Below the pieces are notes generated by a model. That model had not been told where the DNA came from. It was given only the letters and a program-made list of their open reading frames with translations, and made no database searches. From positions 22,550-86,549 of the forward strand of contig JAQYOA010000018.1 of NCBI GenBank assembly GCA_028727605.1: a stretch of DNA of 64,000 nt, in the 5' to 3' direction. Every line of letters starts with the position of its first letter. The first letter of the stretch is position 1. The position numbers were made by a program, and so were the translations under genes. Shown here one piece after another: positions 19,459 to 30,371 of this stretch. Source of the stretch: Lachnospiraceae bacterium (GTDB lineage: Bacteria; Bacillota; Clostridia; Lachnospirales; Lachnospiraceae).

Positions 19459-20826
19459 ATGGGGAAAAAAGAAAGAAAAGTGCGTTTTTTTCTGACAGTC
19501 TGTGCCCTTGCATCCGGAGGAATCCTGATGGGCAGAAGCATACAGATCATTCGTCGTGATCATTTTGCAGGAGGAAAGAAAATTCTGGAAAAAGCATATG
19601 AACAGGCAGGGGAGGCAGCGTTTTTGGTTCTTACGCCGTATCTGGGACTGGAAACGGAAGAGACAAAGGGAGGATGGATGCAGGAATTGCTTCTTGCTGT
19701 AAAGGAGCAGATCCCGTCTCTTGCACTGGAAGAGGAAGAAGAGGCAAAACGGCTGACGGAGGATGAGGAGACAAGTGCTGCTGTTTTAAGGGAAAACGAA
19801 CAGGCTTTGCAGGAACGGACACAGAGGGAGAATCAGCTGCAGACGGATCTGGAACAGGATGTGGGTAAGACAGCGGAGAGCAGTTCAGATGCGGATACAA
19901 ATACAGATACAAATACAGATACAAATACAGATACAAATACAGATATAAATTCGGATACCAATATAGATACCAATGCGGATATCAATGAAAATTCACAGGA
20001 AGAAGGGCAGGGGATGCAGACAGAGCCGGCAGTGGCAGTGATAAAAAAAGAAGAGATTTCCCTTGCGCAGCTTCAGGATTATCAGCAGCTGCTGAATCAG
20101 TTTTTCGTGGTAGATCCCAATACCAGCGCCAATCCTTCCCAGATTAATGCAGATCTGCTCCTTGGAGATGATATGACTCTGGAACAGGATCCGGATCAGC
20201 CCCAGATTCTGATTTACCACACCCATTCTCAGGAGGAATATGCGGATTCTGTGGAGGGGGATACTTCCACAACGGTGATTGGCGTCGGTGATTATCTGGA
20301 ACAGATTCTCACAGAGCAGTATGGATATCAGGTCATTCATGTGAAGGACACTTTCGATATGGTCGACGGGAAACTGGAGCGCAGCAAAGCATACAATTAC
20401 GCAGAACCGGTAATCTCCGCTATCCTTGCAGAAAATCCTTCCGTTCAGGTTGTGATCGATCTGCACAGGGACGGAGTGGATCCGGGAAAACATCTGGTGA
20501 CGGAAATTAACGGGAAGCAGACTGCACGGATTATGTTTTTTAACGGATTGTGCAGAACCAACCAAAACGGTGAGATCGCTTCCCTGCCGAATCCTTACAT
20601 TCAGGACAATCTGGCGTTTTCTTTTCAGCTGGAATATCTGGCAAAACAGTATTATCCGGAGTTTACACGCTGCATTTATCTGAAAGGGTACCGATATAAT
20701 CTGCACCTGATGCCCCGGTCGCTGCTTCTGGAGGTCGGTGCACAGACCAACACGGTAGAGGAGGCCAAAAATGCGATGGAACCGTTTGCGGATCTGCTGA
20801 ATAAAGTGCTGGAAGGAAAAGAGTGA
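19459..20826 (+). CDS. spoIIP: Stage II sporulation protein P (amidase/endopeptidase)
   Basis: ILIYHTHSQE, IDLHRDG, RYNLHL and LLEVGAQTN motifs; N-terminal TM; follows gpr. Confidence 0.93.
   Translation: MGKKERKVRFFLTVCALASGGILMGRSIQIIRRDHFAGGKKILEKAYEQAGEAAFLVLTPYLGLETEETKGGWMQELLLAVKEQIPSLALEEEEEAKRLTEDEETSAAVLRENEQALQERTQRENQLQTDLEQDVGKTAESSSDADTNTDTNTDTNTDTNTDINSDTNIDTNADINENSQEEGQGMQTEPAVAVIKKEEISLAQLQDYQQLLNQFFVVDPNTSANPSQINADLLLGDDMTLEQDPDQPQILIYHTHSQEEYADSVEGDTSTTVIGVGDYLEQILTEQYGYQVIHVKDTFDMVDGKLERSKAYNYAEPVISAILAENPSVQVVIDLHRDGVDPGKHLVTEINGKQTARIMFFNGLCRTNQNGEIASLPNPYIQDNLAFSFQLEYLAKQYYPEFTRCIYLKGYRYNLHLMPRSLLLEVGAQTNTVEEAKNAMEPFADLLNKVLEGKE
19894..19989 (+). repeat. 12-bp coding tandem repeat (GATACAAATACA x4 perfect + about 4 degenerate) in the SpoIIP linker
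   Basis: Read directly from the sequence; encodes DTNT DTNT DTNT DTNT DINS DTNI DTNA DINE. Confidence 0.9.
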
Positions 20827-20966
20827 TCAATGCAGTCGGCAGGGATAAGCGGCACACGAAAAATAAGCTTGCATTTTTTTCAAGGATTTCGTATCATACA
20901 GAATGAACAGCCACGCTGCGTGGAGATGATTACATAAGCAAACCAAAGATACCAGGAGGAAAAGAA

Positions 20967-22880
20967 TTGGCAGCGATTGATCAGAGCAAAATTCGAAATT
21001 TCTGTATAATTGCCCACATTGATCATGGAAAATCGACGCTGGCAGACCGGATTATTGAGAAAACAGGTCTGCTGACTGAGCGTGAGATGCAGGATCAGGT
21101 GCTGGACAACATGGATCTGGAACGGGAGAGAGGGATTACTATCAAGGCTCAGGCAGTCCGGACCATATATAAAGCAAATGACGGTGAGGAGTATATTTTC
21201 AATCTGATTGACACTCCCGGCCATGTGGATTTTAATTATGAGGTGTCCCGCAGTCTTGCAGCCTGTGACGGTGCATTGCTGGTGGTGGATGCTTCCCAGG
21301 GAATCGAGGCTCAGACTCTGGCAAATGTCTATCTGGCGCTGGATCATGATCTGGATGTATTCCCGGTGATCAATAAAATTGATCTGCCAAGCGCGGATCC
21401 CTCCAGAGTCATCGCAGAGATTGAGGATGTCATCGGAATTGAAGCGGAGGGTGCCCCGCAGATTTCCGCAAAAACCGGTCAGAATGTGGAGGAAGTGCTT
21501 GAGCAGATCGTGCACAAAATCCCGTCACCAAAGGGAGATGCAGATGCTCCGCTGAAAGCCTTGATTTTTGATTCGGTTTACGATGCTTATCGAGGAGTTA
21601 TTGTATCCTGTCGTATCATGGAAGGCAGTGTGCGCAAAGGGACCAGAATCCGTATGATGGCTACAGGGGCTGTGGAAGAAGTTGTGGAGGTTGGTTATTT
21701 CGGAGCCGGACAGCTGATTCCCTGTGAGGAGCTTTCGGCCGGAATGGTTGGATATATTACAGCGAGTATAAAAAATGTGCGTGATACCCGGGTGGGTGAT
21801 ACGATTACCGATGCAGACAATCCCTGTAAAGAGGCGCTGCCCGGTTATAAGAAGGTGAACCCTATGGTTTACTGCGGCATGTATCCGGCAGATGGAGCAC
21901 AGTATCAGGATCTGAGAGATGCGCTGGAAAAGCTGCAGCTCAATGATGCTTCTCTTTTTTATGAGCCGGAGACTTCGGCGGCTTTGGGCTTTGGATTCCG
22001 CTGCGGATTTTTAGGCCTGCTTCATCTGGAAATAATTCAGGAACGTCTGGAGAGAGAGTATAATCTGGATCTTGTGACAACTGCGCCCAGCGTTATCTAC
22101 AAAGTGCACAAGACGGACGGAACGGTGATTGACCTGACAAATCCCTCGAATCTGCCGGATCCCTCTGAGATCGATTATATGGAAGAACCGATGGTAAAGG
22201 CGGAGATCATGGTTACAACGGAGTTTATCGGGCCGATTATGGAACTGTGCCAGCAGAGAAGAGGTCAGTACCAGGGAATGGAATATATGGAGACGACCCG
22301 TGCGATGCTGCATTACCATTTGCCGCTGAACGAGATCATCTATGACTTTTTTGATGCATTGAAATCCAGATCCAGAGGCTTTGCCTCCTTTGATTATGAA
22401 CTTCTGGGATATGAACGAAGTGAGCTTGTGAAACTTGACATTCTGGTGAACAAGGAAGAAGTGGATGCGCTGTCCTTTATTGTTTTCGAAGGTTCTGCTT
22501 ATGAGCGCGGACGGAAAATGTGCGAAAAGCTCAAAGAAGAGATTCCAAGGCAGTTGTTTGAAATTCCGATTCAGGCTGCCATAGGATCAAAAATCATAGC
22601 AAGGGAAACGGTCCGTGCACTTCGCAAGGATGTGCTTGCAAAGTGTTACGGCGGTGATATCTCTCGTAAAAAGAAACTTCTGGAGAAACAAAAGGAAGGT
22701 AAGAAACGGATGCGCCAGGTGGGAAACGTGGAGATTCCGCAGAAGGCATTTATGAGTGTGCTGAAACTGGACGATAAAATAAAAAAACGAACGATGACGA
22801 GGAACCTTTGTTTTCGGAAAATACCCATGTCAGGGTATACGAAAAGAAAAGTTCCTCGTTTGCATTGCCATGTAACATAG
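20967..22880 (+). CDS. lepA: Elongation factor 4 (LepA), with a suspicious 33-aa C-terminal extension
   Basis: [33 protein letters not shown] and [24 protein letters not shown] motifs; TTG start after AGGAGG. Confidence 0.97.
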   Translation: MAAIDQSKIRNFCIIAHIDHGKSTLADRIIEKTGLLTEREMQDQVLDNMDLERERGITIKAQAVRTIYKANDGEEYIFNLIDTPGHVDFNYEVSRSLAACDGALLVVDASQGIEAQTLANVYLALDHDLDVFPVINKIDLPSADPSRVIAEIEDVIGIEAEGAPQISAKTGQNVEEVLEQIVHKIPSPKGDADAPLKALIFDSVYDAYRGVIVSCRIMEGSVRKGTRIRMMATGAVEEVVEVGYFGAGQLIPCEELSAGMVGYITASIKNVRDTRVGDTITDADNPCKEALPGYKKVNPMVYCGMYPADGAQYQDLRDALEKLQLNDASLFYEPETSAALGFGFRCGFLGLLHLEIIQERLEREYNLDLVTTAPSVIYKVHKTDGTVIDLTNPSNLPDPSEIDYMEEPMVKAEIMVTTEFIGPIMELCQQRRGQYQGMEYMETTRAMLHYHLPLNEIIYDFFDALKSRSRGFASFDYELLGYERSELVKLDILVNKEEVDALSFIVFEGSAYERGRKMCEKLKEEIPRQLFEIPIQAAIGSKIIARETVRALRKDVLAKCYGGDISRKKKLLEKQKEGKKRMRQVGNVEIPQKAFMSVLKLDDKIKKRTMTRNLCFRKIPMSGYTKRKVPRLHCHVT

Positions 22881-22941
22881 AAGATCAATGCGGGGGCTGA
22901 TGCGGCGCCGCATTTGGGGAAGCCTTGAGAGGAAAAAGCAG

Positions 22942-24072
22942 ATGGAAGAGAAAAAGAAACTGGAACTGTATGTGCATATCCCGTTCTGTGTGAGAAAATG
23001 TGCCTACTGTGATTTTGTATCCGGTCCGGGGAGCAGCAAAGAGCAGGAAAACTATGTGGAACGACTTCTCGAAGAGATCGAAAGAGCGGAGAGGGCGTTG
23101 GATTACCGGGTGGTTTCTGTTTTTTTCGGGGGAGGAACGCCCTCGATTCTGAACTGGGAACTTCTGGATCGTATTTTGAAAGAACTGAAAAGGCATTTTC
23201 TTTTTGCGCCGGAGGCGGAGATTACACTGGAGGCGAATCCGGGAACCGTGAATCCGGAAAAGCTTTCGGCATACCGCGGGGTCGGATTTAACCGGATCAG
23301 CTTCGGGTGTCAGTCCGTGCATGATGAGGAACTGAAAAGACTGGGAAGAATTCATACCTTTCAGGATTTTCGGGAGAGTTATTCTATGGCGCGCAAAGCC
23401 GGTTTTCAAAACATCAATGTGGATTTGATGTCCGGTCTTCCGGGACAGACCTGCGCTTCCTTTGCGGAAAGTCTGAATACAATTGCCCGGATGGAACCGG
23501 AACATATTTCCGTCTACAGCCTGATCATTGAACCGGGAACTCCTTTTGCGAATCAGAAGCTGGATCTTCCGGATGAGGATACTGAACGGGAAATGTATGA
23601 GATGACAGGACGGATTCTTGGAGACTATGGTTTTCTCCAGTATGAGATTTCCAATTATGCGAAACCCGGTTATGCCTGTATTCACAATAAGGGGTATTGG
23701 GAGCGGACGGACTATCTTGGTTTTGGTCCTTCGGCTGCTTCACTGTATCAAAACAGGAGATGGACAAATACGCGGGACCAAAAGAAATATATGGAAGAGG
23801 ACAAAACAGGGGATCAGATCCGTACAGAACAGGAAATACTGTCAGAGAAAGACTGTATGGAAGAATTCATGTTTCTCGGTCTTCGCATGACAGAAGGGGT
23901 CAGCAGGAAGAAATTTTCCGATCTGTTCGGAAAAAGTATGGAGAGTGTCTATGGAAAAGTTCTGGAAAAATACGAGCGGCTTGGCATGCTTGCGGTTAAC
24001 GGAGACAGAGTGGCCTTAAGCAGAGCCGGAATTTCCGTGAGCAATGTGATACTGTCGGAATTTCTTTTGTGA
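22942..24072 (+). CDS. hemW: Radical SAM heme chaperone HemW (HemN-like)
   Basis: YVHIPFCVRKCAYCDF (CxxxCxxC), GGGTPS, YEISNYA and HNKGYW (HNxxYW HemW signature); follows lepA. Confidence 0.9.
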   Translation: MEEKKKLELYVHIPFCVRKCAYCDFVSGPGSSKEQENYVERLLEEIERAERALDYRVVSVFFGGGTPSILNWELLDRILKELKRHFLFAPEAEITLEANPGTVNPEKLSAYRGVGFNRISFGCQSVHDEELKRLGRIHTFQDFRESYSMARKAGFQNINVDLMSGLPGQTCASFAESLNTIARMEPEHISVYSLIIEPGTPFANQKLDLPDEDTEREMYEMTGRILGDYGFLQYEISNYAKPGYACIHNKGYWERTDYLGFGPSAASLYQNRRWTNTRDQKKYMEEDKTGDQIRTEQEILSEKDCMEEFMFLGLRMTEGVSRKKFSDLFGKSMESVYGKVLEKYERLGMLAVNGDRVALSRAGISVSNVILSEFLL

Positions 24073-24085
24073 TCGGTTAAAACAA

Positions 24086-24124
24086 GAACAAATGTTTGCA
24101 TTTGCGCCTGCTCTGTGCTACAAT
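24086..24124 (+). promoter_or_regulatory. LexA (SOS) box overlapping the uvrA sigmaA promoter
   Basis: GAACAAATGTTT (24086-24097) matches the Firmicute GAAC-N4-GTTC box with one mismatch. It overlaps TTGCAT(24096)-17-TACAAT(24119), which has a TG extension. Confidence 0.75.
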
Positions 24125-24167
24125 CGAAAAAGGTTAGCAGATCAATGAGATACGAAGAGGGAAAATC

Positions 24168-26996
24168 ATGGCAGATAAGAAAGAATTTATCAGAATCAGG
24201 GGAGCAAAAGAGAACAATCTGAAGAATTTAAGTGTTGACATCCCCAGAAATCAGTTTGTAGTCTTTACCGGTCTGAGCGGTTCCGGTAAGAGCTCGCTGG
24301 CTTTTGATACAATTTATGCGGAAGGACAGCGCCGGTATATGGAGAGTCTTTCTTCCTACGCGAGGCAGTTTCTCGGACAGATGGAAAAACCGAATGTCGA
24401 GAGCATTGAAGGACTTCCGCCGGCAATTTCCATTGACCAGAAATCGACGAATCGGAATCCGAGATCCACAGTTGGCACGGTGACGGAAATCTATGATTAT
24501 TTTCGTCTTCTGTATGCCCGGATCGGAATCCCTCACTGTCCGAAATGCGGCAGAGAGATCAGCCGTCAGTCCGTGGATCAGATGGTGGATCAGATTATGG
24601 CCCTTCCGGAGAAAACCCGCATCCTTTTGCTGGCGCCGGTGGTTCGCGGCAGAAAAGGGCGTCATGAGAAGGTTCTGGAGCAGGCAAGACGAAGCGGGTA
24701 TGTCAGAGTGATGATTGACGGCAGCCAGTATGAACTCTCGGAGGAAATCAGCCTGGATAAGAATCTGAAGCATACGATTCAGATTGTAGTGGACCGTTTG
24801 ATGGTAAAACCGGGGATTGAAAAGCGGCTGACAGATTCTGTGGAGAGTGTGCTGGATATGGCGGAGGGCCTTTTGGTAGTTGATACGATGGATGGGAATC
24901 AAATGACCTTCAGTCAGAGCTTTTCCTGTCCGGACTGCGGAATCAGTATGGAGGAGATTGAACCGAGAAGCTTTTCCTTCAACAATCCTTTTGGTGCCTG
25001 CCCGAACTGTACCGGTCTTGGCTATAAAATGGAATTTGATGAAAAACTGATGATTCCGGATCCCTCTCTGTCTATAGCCCAGGGAGCAATCGCAGTACTG
25101 GGATGGCAGTCCTGCACGGATAAGAGCAGTTATACCAGAGCGGTACTGGATGCGCTGGCGGAGGAATATCATTTTTCTCTGGACACACCGTTTCAGGATT
25201 ATCCCAGGCAGATTCACGACATTCTCATTTATGGCACAGGCGAAAAGAAGGTAAAGGTGCATTACCGGGGACAAAGAGGCGTCGGCGTGTATGATGTGGC
25301 TTTTGAGGGACTGATTAAAAATGTAGAGCGTCGTTACCGGGAGACCGGTGCGGAATCCACCAAACAGGAGTATGAGACTTTCATGCGGGTGACTCCCTGT
25401 AAGGTCTGTCACGGTCAGCGTCTGAAGGCAACCTCTCTGGCGGTTACCGTGGGAGGAAAAAATATATACGAAGTTACAGATATGTCCATTGAGCAGCTGC
25501 AGAAATTTATGGACGGATTATCATTAAGTGAGCAGCAGAAGCTGATCGGAAAACAGATTTTAAAGGAAATTCATGCAAGAGTCGGTTTCCTGATCGATGT
25601 GGGTCTGGAATATCTGACACTGGCAAGAGGAACAGCATCCCTCTCCGGAGGAGAAGCTCAGAGAATCCGTCTGGCTACGCAGATCGGATCAGGGCTTGTA
25701 GGTGTCGCTTACATACTGGATGAGCCCAGTATCGGTCTTCATCAGCGGGACAATGACAAACTGCTGGCCACACTCCGGAATTTACGGGATCTGGGAAATA
25801 CGCTGATTGTCGTAGAACACGATGAAGATACCATGCGTGCCGCAGACTGCGTGGTGGATATTGGGCCCGGAGCAGGTGAGCACGGAGGAGAACTGGTTGC
25901 CATCGGCACGGCGGAGGATCTGATGAAAAATCCCGCCTCCATCACGGGAAAGTACTTAAGCGGCGAACTGAAGATACCGGTACCGGAAGTGAGAAATCAG
26001 CCGAAAGGCTGGCTCACAGTGGTCGGTGCCAAGGAACACAACCTGAAAAATATTGATGTTTCTTTCCCCCTTGGTGTGATGACCTGCGTTACCGGTGTTT
26101 CCGGATCGGGAAAGAGTTCTCTGGTTAATGAGATTCTTTATAAACGTCTGGCAAGGGATTTGAACCGGGCAAGAACCATTCCGGGACAACACAAAGAGAT
26201 CATTGGAATGGAACAGCTGGATAAGGTAATCGACATTGACCAGTCACCCATCGGAAGAACACCGCGCTCCAATCCGGCTACCTATACAGGACTGTTTGAT
26301 CAGATCCGGGATCTGTTTGCGGCAACGCAGGATGCGAGAGCGAGAGGCTATAAAAAAGGACGTTTCAGTTTCAATATTAAAGGCGGACGATGTGAGGCCT
26401 GCAGCGGAGACGGTATTATCAAGATTGAGATGCACTTTCTTCCGGATGTCTATGTACCCTGCGAGGTTTGCCATGGAAAAAGATATAACCGGGAGACGCT
26501 GGAAGTCAAATACAAGGGAAAAAGTATTTACGATGTACTGGATATGACAGTGGAAGAAGCGCTGGAGTTTTTCAGACCTGTGCCGTCTATTTACCGGAAA
26601 CTGGAGACCTTGTATGACGTGGGTCTTTCCTATCTGCGCCTTGGACAGCCTTCCACCACACTGTCGGGAGGTGAGGCGCAGCGGATTAAGCTTGCCACAG
26701 AACTTAGCAGACGCGGAACAGGGAAGACGGTCTACATTCTGGACGAACCGACTACGGGACTTCATTTTGCAGATGTGCATAAACTGGTATCGATCCTGAA
26801 GCGGCTCACAGAGGGAGGAAATACCGTGATTGTCATCGAACATAATCTGGATGTGATTAAGACTGCAGATTATATTATTGACATCGGACCGGAGGGCGGA
26901 GACAAGGGAGGAACGGTGATCGCCTGCGGTACGCCGGAGGAGGTTGCGAAAAATCCGATTTCCTATACGGGAAAATATGTCGGAAAATATCTCTAA
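24168..26996 (+). CDS. uvrA: Excinuclease ABC subunit A
   Basis: Two ABC ATPase modules ([24 protein letters not shown]) and zinc fingers; 942 aa. Confidence 0.99.
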   Translation: MADKKEFIRIRGAKENNLKNLSVDIPRNQFVVFTGLSGSGKSSLAFDTIYAEGQRRYMESLSSYARQFLGQMEKPNVESIEGLPPAISIDQKSTNRNPRSTVGTVTEIYDYFRLLYARIGIPHCPKCGREISRQSVDQMVDQIMALPEKTRILLLAPVVRGRKGRHEKVLEQARRSGYVRVMIDGSQYELSEEISLDKNLKHTIQIVVDRLMVKPGIEKRLTDSVESVLDMAEGLLVVDTMDGNQMTFSQSFSCPDCGISMEEIEPRSFSFNNPFGACPNCTGLGYKMEFDEKLMIPDPSLSIAQGAIAVLGWQSCTDKSSYTRAVLDALAEEYHFSLDTPFQDYPRQIHDILIYGTGEKKVKVHYRGQRGVGVYDVAFEGLIKNVERRYRETGAESTKQEYETFMRVTPCKVCHGQRLKATSLAVTVGGKNIYEVTDMSIEQLQKFMDGLSLSEQQKLIGKQILKEIHARVGFLIDVGLEYLTLARGTASLSGGEAQRIRLATQIGSGLVGVAYILDEPSIGLHQRDNDKLLATLRNLRDLGNTLIVVEHDEDTMRAADCVVDIGPGAGEHGGELVAIGTAEDLMKNPASITGKYLSGELKIPVPEVRNQPKGWLTVVGAKEHNLKNIDVSFPLGVMTCVTGVSGSGKSSLVNEILYKRLARDLNRARTIPGQHKEIIGMEQLDKVIDIDQSPIGRTPRSNPATYTGLFDQIRDLFAATQDARARGYKKGRFSFNIKGGRCEACSGDGIIKIEMHFLPDVYVPCEVCHGKRYNRETLEVKYKGKSIYDVLDMTVEEALEFFRPVPSIYRKLETLYDVGLSYLRLGQPSTTLSGGEAQRIKLATELSRRGTGKTVYILDEPTTGLHFADVHKLVSILKRLTEGGNTVIVIEHNLDVIKTADYIIDIGPEGGDKGGTVIACGTPEEVAKNPISYTGKYVGKYL

Positions 26997-27086
26997 AAAA
27001 CGCTTTCCATTTCCCGGCAGATTGATTATAATCTTTAGTGACAGCCCGTAGGGTGAAGAGGATTTTACGTTGGAAAGGGGAATACT

Positions 27087-28088
27087 ATGGCTGCAACGAC
27101 TGATATTGGAATTGACCTTGGGACGGCCAGTATCCTGGTATTTGCCAGGGGAAAGGGTATTGTGCTCAAGGAGCCGTCTGTAGTTGCATATGATAAAGAC
27201 GCTGATAAGGTGAAGGCGATCGGAGAAGAAGCCAGACAGATGATCGGACGGACACCCGGAAACATTATGGCCATCCGCCCGCTGCGTCAGGGTGTAATTA
27301 CGGACTTTCTGATTACAGAACGTATGCTGCGTTATTTTATACAGAAAGCGATGGGGAGAAAAGCTTTCCGGAAACCGAGAATCAGTATCTGTGTTCCGTC
27401 TCAGGTGACTGAGGTGGAGCGAAAAGCAGTGGAGGAAGCGACTTATCAGGCGGGTGCCAGAGAAGTTCTGATTGTTCCGGAGCCGGTGGCTGCGGCGATC
27501 GGGGCGGGAATTGACATTACCAAGCCCTGTGGAAATATGATTGTGGATATCGGAGGAGGAACAACCGATATTGCGGTAATTTCTCTTGCGGGAACAGTGG
27601 TATCGAATTCGGTTAAGCTGGCAGGAGAAAACTTTGATCAGGCGATTATCCGCTACATTCGGAAAAAGTATAATGTTTTTATCGGGGAGCAGACAGCGGA
27701 GGCTGTCAAAATACGCATTGGATCCGCATATCCGAGAGCGGAAGAGAAGACGATGGAGGTGCGGGGAAGAAATGTCATCACAGGTCTCCCAAAAACCATC
27801 ACGGTCTCTTCGGGAGAAATCAGAGAGGCACTTTCTCCGATTACATCACAGATCGCGGATGCGGTTTGTGCAATCCTTGAAAAGACGCCTCCGGAGCTGG
27901 CTTCGGATGTGGCTGATCGGGGAATTGTCCTGACCGGCGGAGGAAGTTTGCTGGACGGCGTTGAGGAATTGATACAGGAGAGGACAGGAATTGACACTAT
28001 GACGGCGGAAAACCCGGCCTGTGCCGTGGCTCTTGGAACAGGGCAGTACCGCGAAGTTATGGCGGAATTTGAGAGTCGGTTTTCATGA
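27087..28088 (+). CDS. mreB: Rod shape-determining actin homologue (MreB/Mbl paralogue)
   Basis: IGIDLGTAS, EPVAAAIGAG, VDIGGGTT and LTGGGSLL motifs. No mreC/mreD is adjacent, so it is probably an Mbl-like paralogue. Confidence 0.85.
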   Translation: MAATTDIGIDLGTASILVFARGKGIVLKEPSVVAYDKDADKVKAIGEEARQMIGRTPGNIMAIRPLRQGVITDFLITERMLRYFIQKAMGRKAFRKPRISICVPSQVTEVERKAVEEATYQAGAREVLIVPEPVAAAIGAGIDITKPCGNMIVDIGGGTTDIAVISLAGTVVSNSVKLAGENFDQAIIRYIRKKYNVFIGEQTAEAVKIRIGSAYPRAEEKTMEVRGRNVITGLPKTITVSSGEIREALSPITSQIADAVCAILEKTPPELASDVADRGIVLTGGGSLLDGVEELIQERTGIDTMTAENPACAVALGTGQYREVMAEFESRFS

Positions 28089-30334
28089 TGGAGAAAGAGA
28101 GAGTTGAGGGTTATGTGGAACACATAATCTTTCGGAACGAAGAAAATGGCTATACAGTTTTGAACCTGGCGATGGGGACCTCCGAGCTTACCTGCGTCGG
28201 GAATCTTCCCATGATCGGAGAGGGAGAACTGATTGAAGCGGTCGGAGTATACACAGAACATGCAACATATGGTCAGCAGTTCCGCATAGAATCCTATGAG
28301 ACGAAAGTCCCACAGGATTCTGTTGCTTTGGAGAGATACCTGGGATCGGGCGCAATCAAAGGTGTCGGAGCAGCGCTGGCGGCAAGAATTGTCCGTCGTT
28401 TTGGAGAGGATACCTTGAGGATTCTGCAGGAAGAGCCGGAACGGCTTTCCGAGGTGAAAGGCATCAGTGAGCGCAAGGCGCGGGAAATCGCGCAGCAGGT
28501 ACAGGAAAAATCGGAAATGCAGAATGCATTGATTTTTCTGTCCGGATATGGAATTGCGCTGAATCTGGGGGTGAAGATTTATCAGCAGTATGGTGATAAG
28601 ATGTACCGGATTCTGAAAGAGAACCCTTATAAAATGGCGGAGGATATTCCAGGGGTTGGATTCCGGACGGCGGATGAGATTGCAGGGCGGATCGGGATCA
28701 CCGTCAACAGTGAATATCGGATTAAGAGCGGACTGTGTTACATACTGAATCAGGCGTCTGCGCAGGGTCATGTATATCTCCCGGAGCGGATTCTCTTTGC
28801 ACGTGCAGCGGAACTTCTCGGAGTCGGGACAGACGATATGGAGATTTATCTGTCTGACCTGGCGATGGAGCGAAAAGTAATCCGGAAAGAAATTCCGGTG
28901 ACAGAAGAGGAAACGGAGCGGATTGTATATACAAGAGAGTACTATTATCTGGAACTCAATACAGCGCGGATGCTTCATGAATTGAATATCAGATGTGAGG
29001 AAAACCGGGAAGAAATCGAAAAACGGGTTGCTGCCATAGAAAAAAACAAGAAGATTGAACTGGACGAGATGCAGAAAACTGCAGTGATCGAGGCTGCCGT
29101 CAACGGCCTTCTGATTCTGACCGGAGGACCGGGAACCGGAAAGACGACTACGATTAATACGATGATTCACTACTTTGAATCAGAAGGACTTGATATCTTT
29201 CTCGCAGCACCCACCGGAAGAGCAGCCAAGCGGATGACCGAGGCTACCGGATGCGAAGCCTGTACAATTCACCGGCTTTTGGAACTGTCCGGGATCATGG
29301 AAGAATCCTCTTCCAATGTTCATTTTGAGAGAAATGCAGAGAACCCTCTGGAGGCAGATGTAATCATCATAGATGAGATGTCCATGGTGGATATTCATCT
29401 GATGCATGCACTGCTTTTGGCGATTGTGCCGGGAACCAGGCTGATTCTTGTGGGAGATCAGAATCAGCTGCCAAGCGTCGGACCGGGCAGCGTACTGCGT
29501 GATCTGATCCGTTCGGACTGCTTCCCGGTTGTGAGACTGACCCACATTTTCCGTCAGGCATCTCAAAGTGACATTGTAGTCAATGCCCATAAAATTCACA
29601 ATGGGGAAAAGGTACTTCTGGATAATAAAAGCAGAGATTTCTTTTTCCTGAAACGGTATGATGTCAATGTAATTCAAAAGGTTATTATCGCTCTGATTTC
29701 AAGCAAGCTGCCTTCCTATGTGGATGCAAGACCCCAGGATATTCAGATTCTGACTCCGATGAGAAAAGGAGCGCTTGGTGTGGAGAGCCTCAATCAGATT
29801 CTCCAGAAATATCTGAATCCGCCCTCGGATGATAAGGCGGAACGGGAATTTGGATCCGGCATTTTCCGTGAAGGGGATAAGGTCATGCAGATCCGTAATA
29901 ATTATCAGCTGGAATGGGAAGTGCGCGGTATCAACCAGGTTTGTGCAGAGAAAGGGATGGGTGTCTTCAACGGAGATATTGGAGTGATTCGAAGCATTAA
30001 CCCTTATACGGAAATCATTACGGTGGAGTATGACGAAGGAAAATTTGCGGACTATACATTTAAACAGGCAGATGAACTGGAACTTGCTTATGCGACAACG
30101 ATTCATAAGGCGCAGGGAAGTGAGTATCCGGCAGTGATTCTGCCGATTCTGGGAGGCCCCCGTATGCTGATGACCAGAAACCTTTTGTATACCGCAGTTA
30201 CAAGAGCAAGGAAATGTGTAACGATTGTCGGCAGTGATGTGACTTTTGAAGCAATGATAGAGAATCACATCGAAGAAAACCGTTATACCACATTGGCGCA
30301 GAGAATTCGGGAAATGAATACTCTGTCTGTGTAA
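28085..30334 (+). CDS. recD2: ATP-dependent RecD2 DNA helicase
   Basis: N-terminal OB and HhH regions; GGPGTGKTT, DEMSM, GDQNQLPSVG, TIHKAQGSEY and LYTAVTRA motifs. Confidence 0.95.
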   Translation: MMEKERVEGYVEHIIFRNEENGYTVLNLAMGTSELTCVGNLPMIGEGELIEAVGVYTEHATYGQQFRIESYETKVPQDSVALERYLGSGAIKGVGAALAARIVRRFGEDTLRILQEEPERLSEVKGISERKAREIAQQVQEKSEMQNALIFLSGYGIALNLGVKIYQQYGDKMYRILKENPYKMAEDIPGVGFRTADEIAGRIGITVNSEYRIKSGLCYILNQASAQGHVYLPERILFARAAELLGVGTDDMEIYLSDLAMERKVIRKEIPVTEEETERIVYTREYYYLELNTARMLHELNIRCEENREEIEKRVAAIEKNKKIELDEMQKTAVIEAAVNGLLILTGGPGTGKTTTINTMIHYFESEGLDIFLAAPTGRAAKRMTEATGCEACTIHRLLELSGIMEESSSNVHFERNAENPLEADVIIIDEMSMVDIHLMHALLLAIVPGTRLILVGDQNQLPSVGPGSVLRDLIRSDCFPVVRLTHIFRQASQSDIVVNAHKIHNGEKVLLDNKSRDFFFLKRYDVNVIQKVIIALISSKLPSYVDARPQDIQILTPMRKGALGVESLNQILQKYLNPPSDDKAEREFGSGIFREGDKVMQIRNNYQLEWEVRGINQVCAEKGMGVFNGDIGVIRSINPYTEIITVEYDEGKFADYTFKQADELELAYATTIHKAQGSEYPAVILPILGGPRMLMTRNLLYTAVTRARKCVTIVGSDVTFEAMIENHIEENRYTTLAQRIREMNTLSV

Positions 30335-30371
30335 GAAAGAAGCTTCCGGAAGAGAAGGAAAGGAAGCTTAC

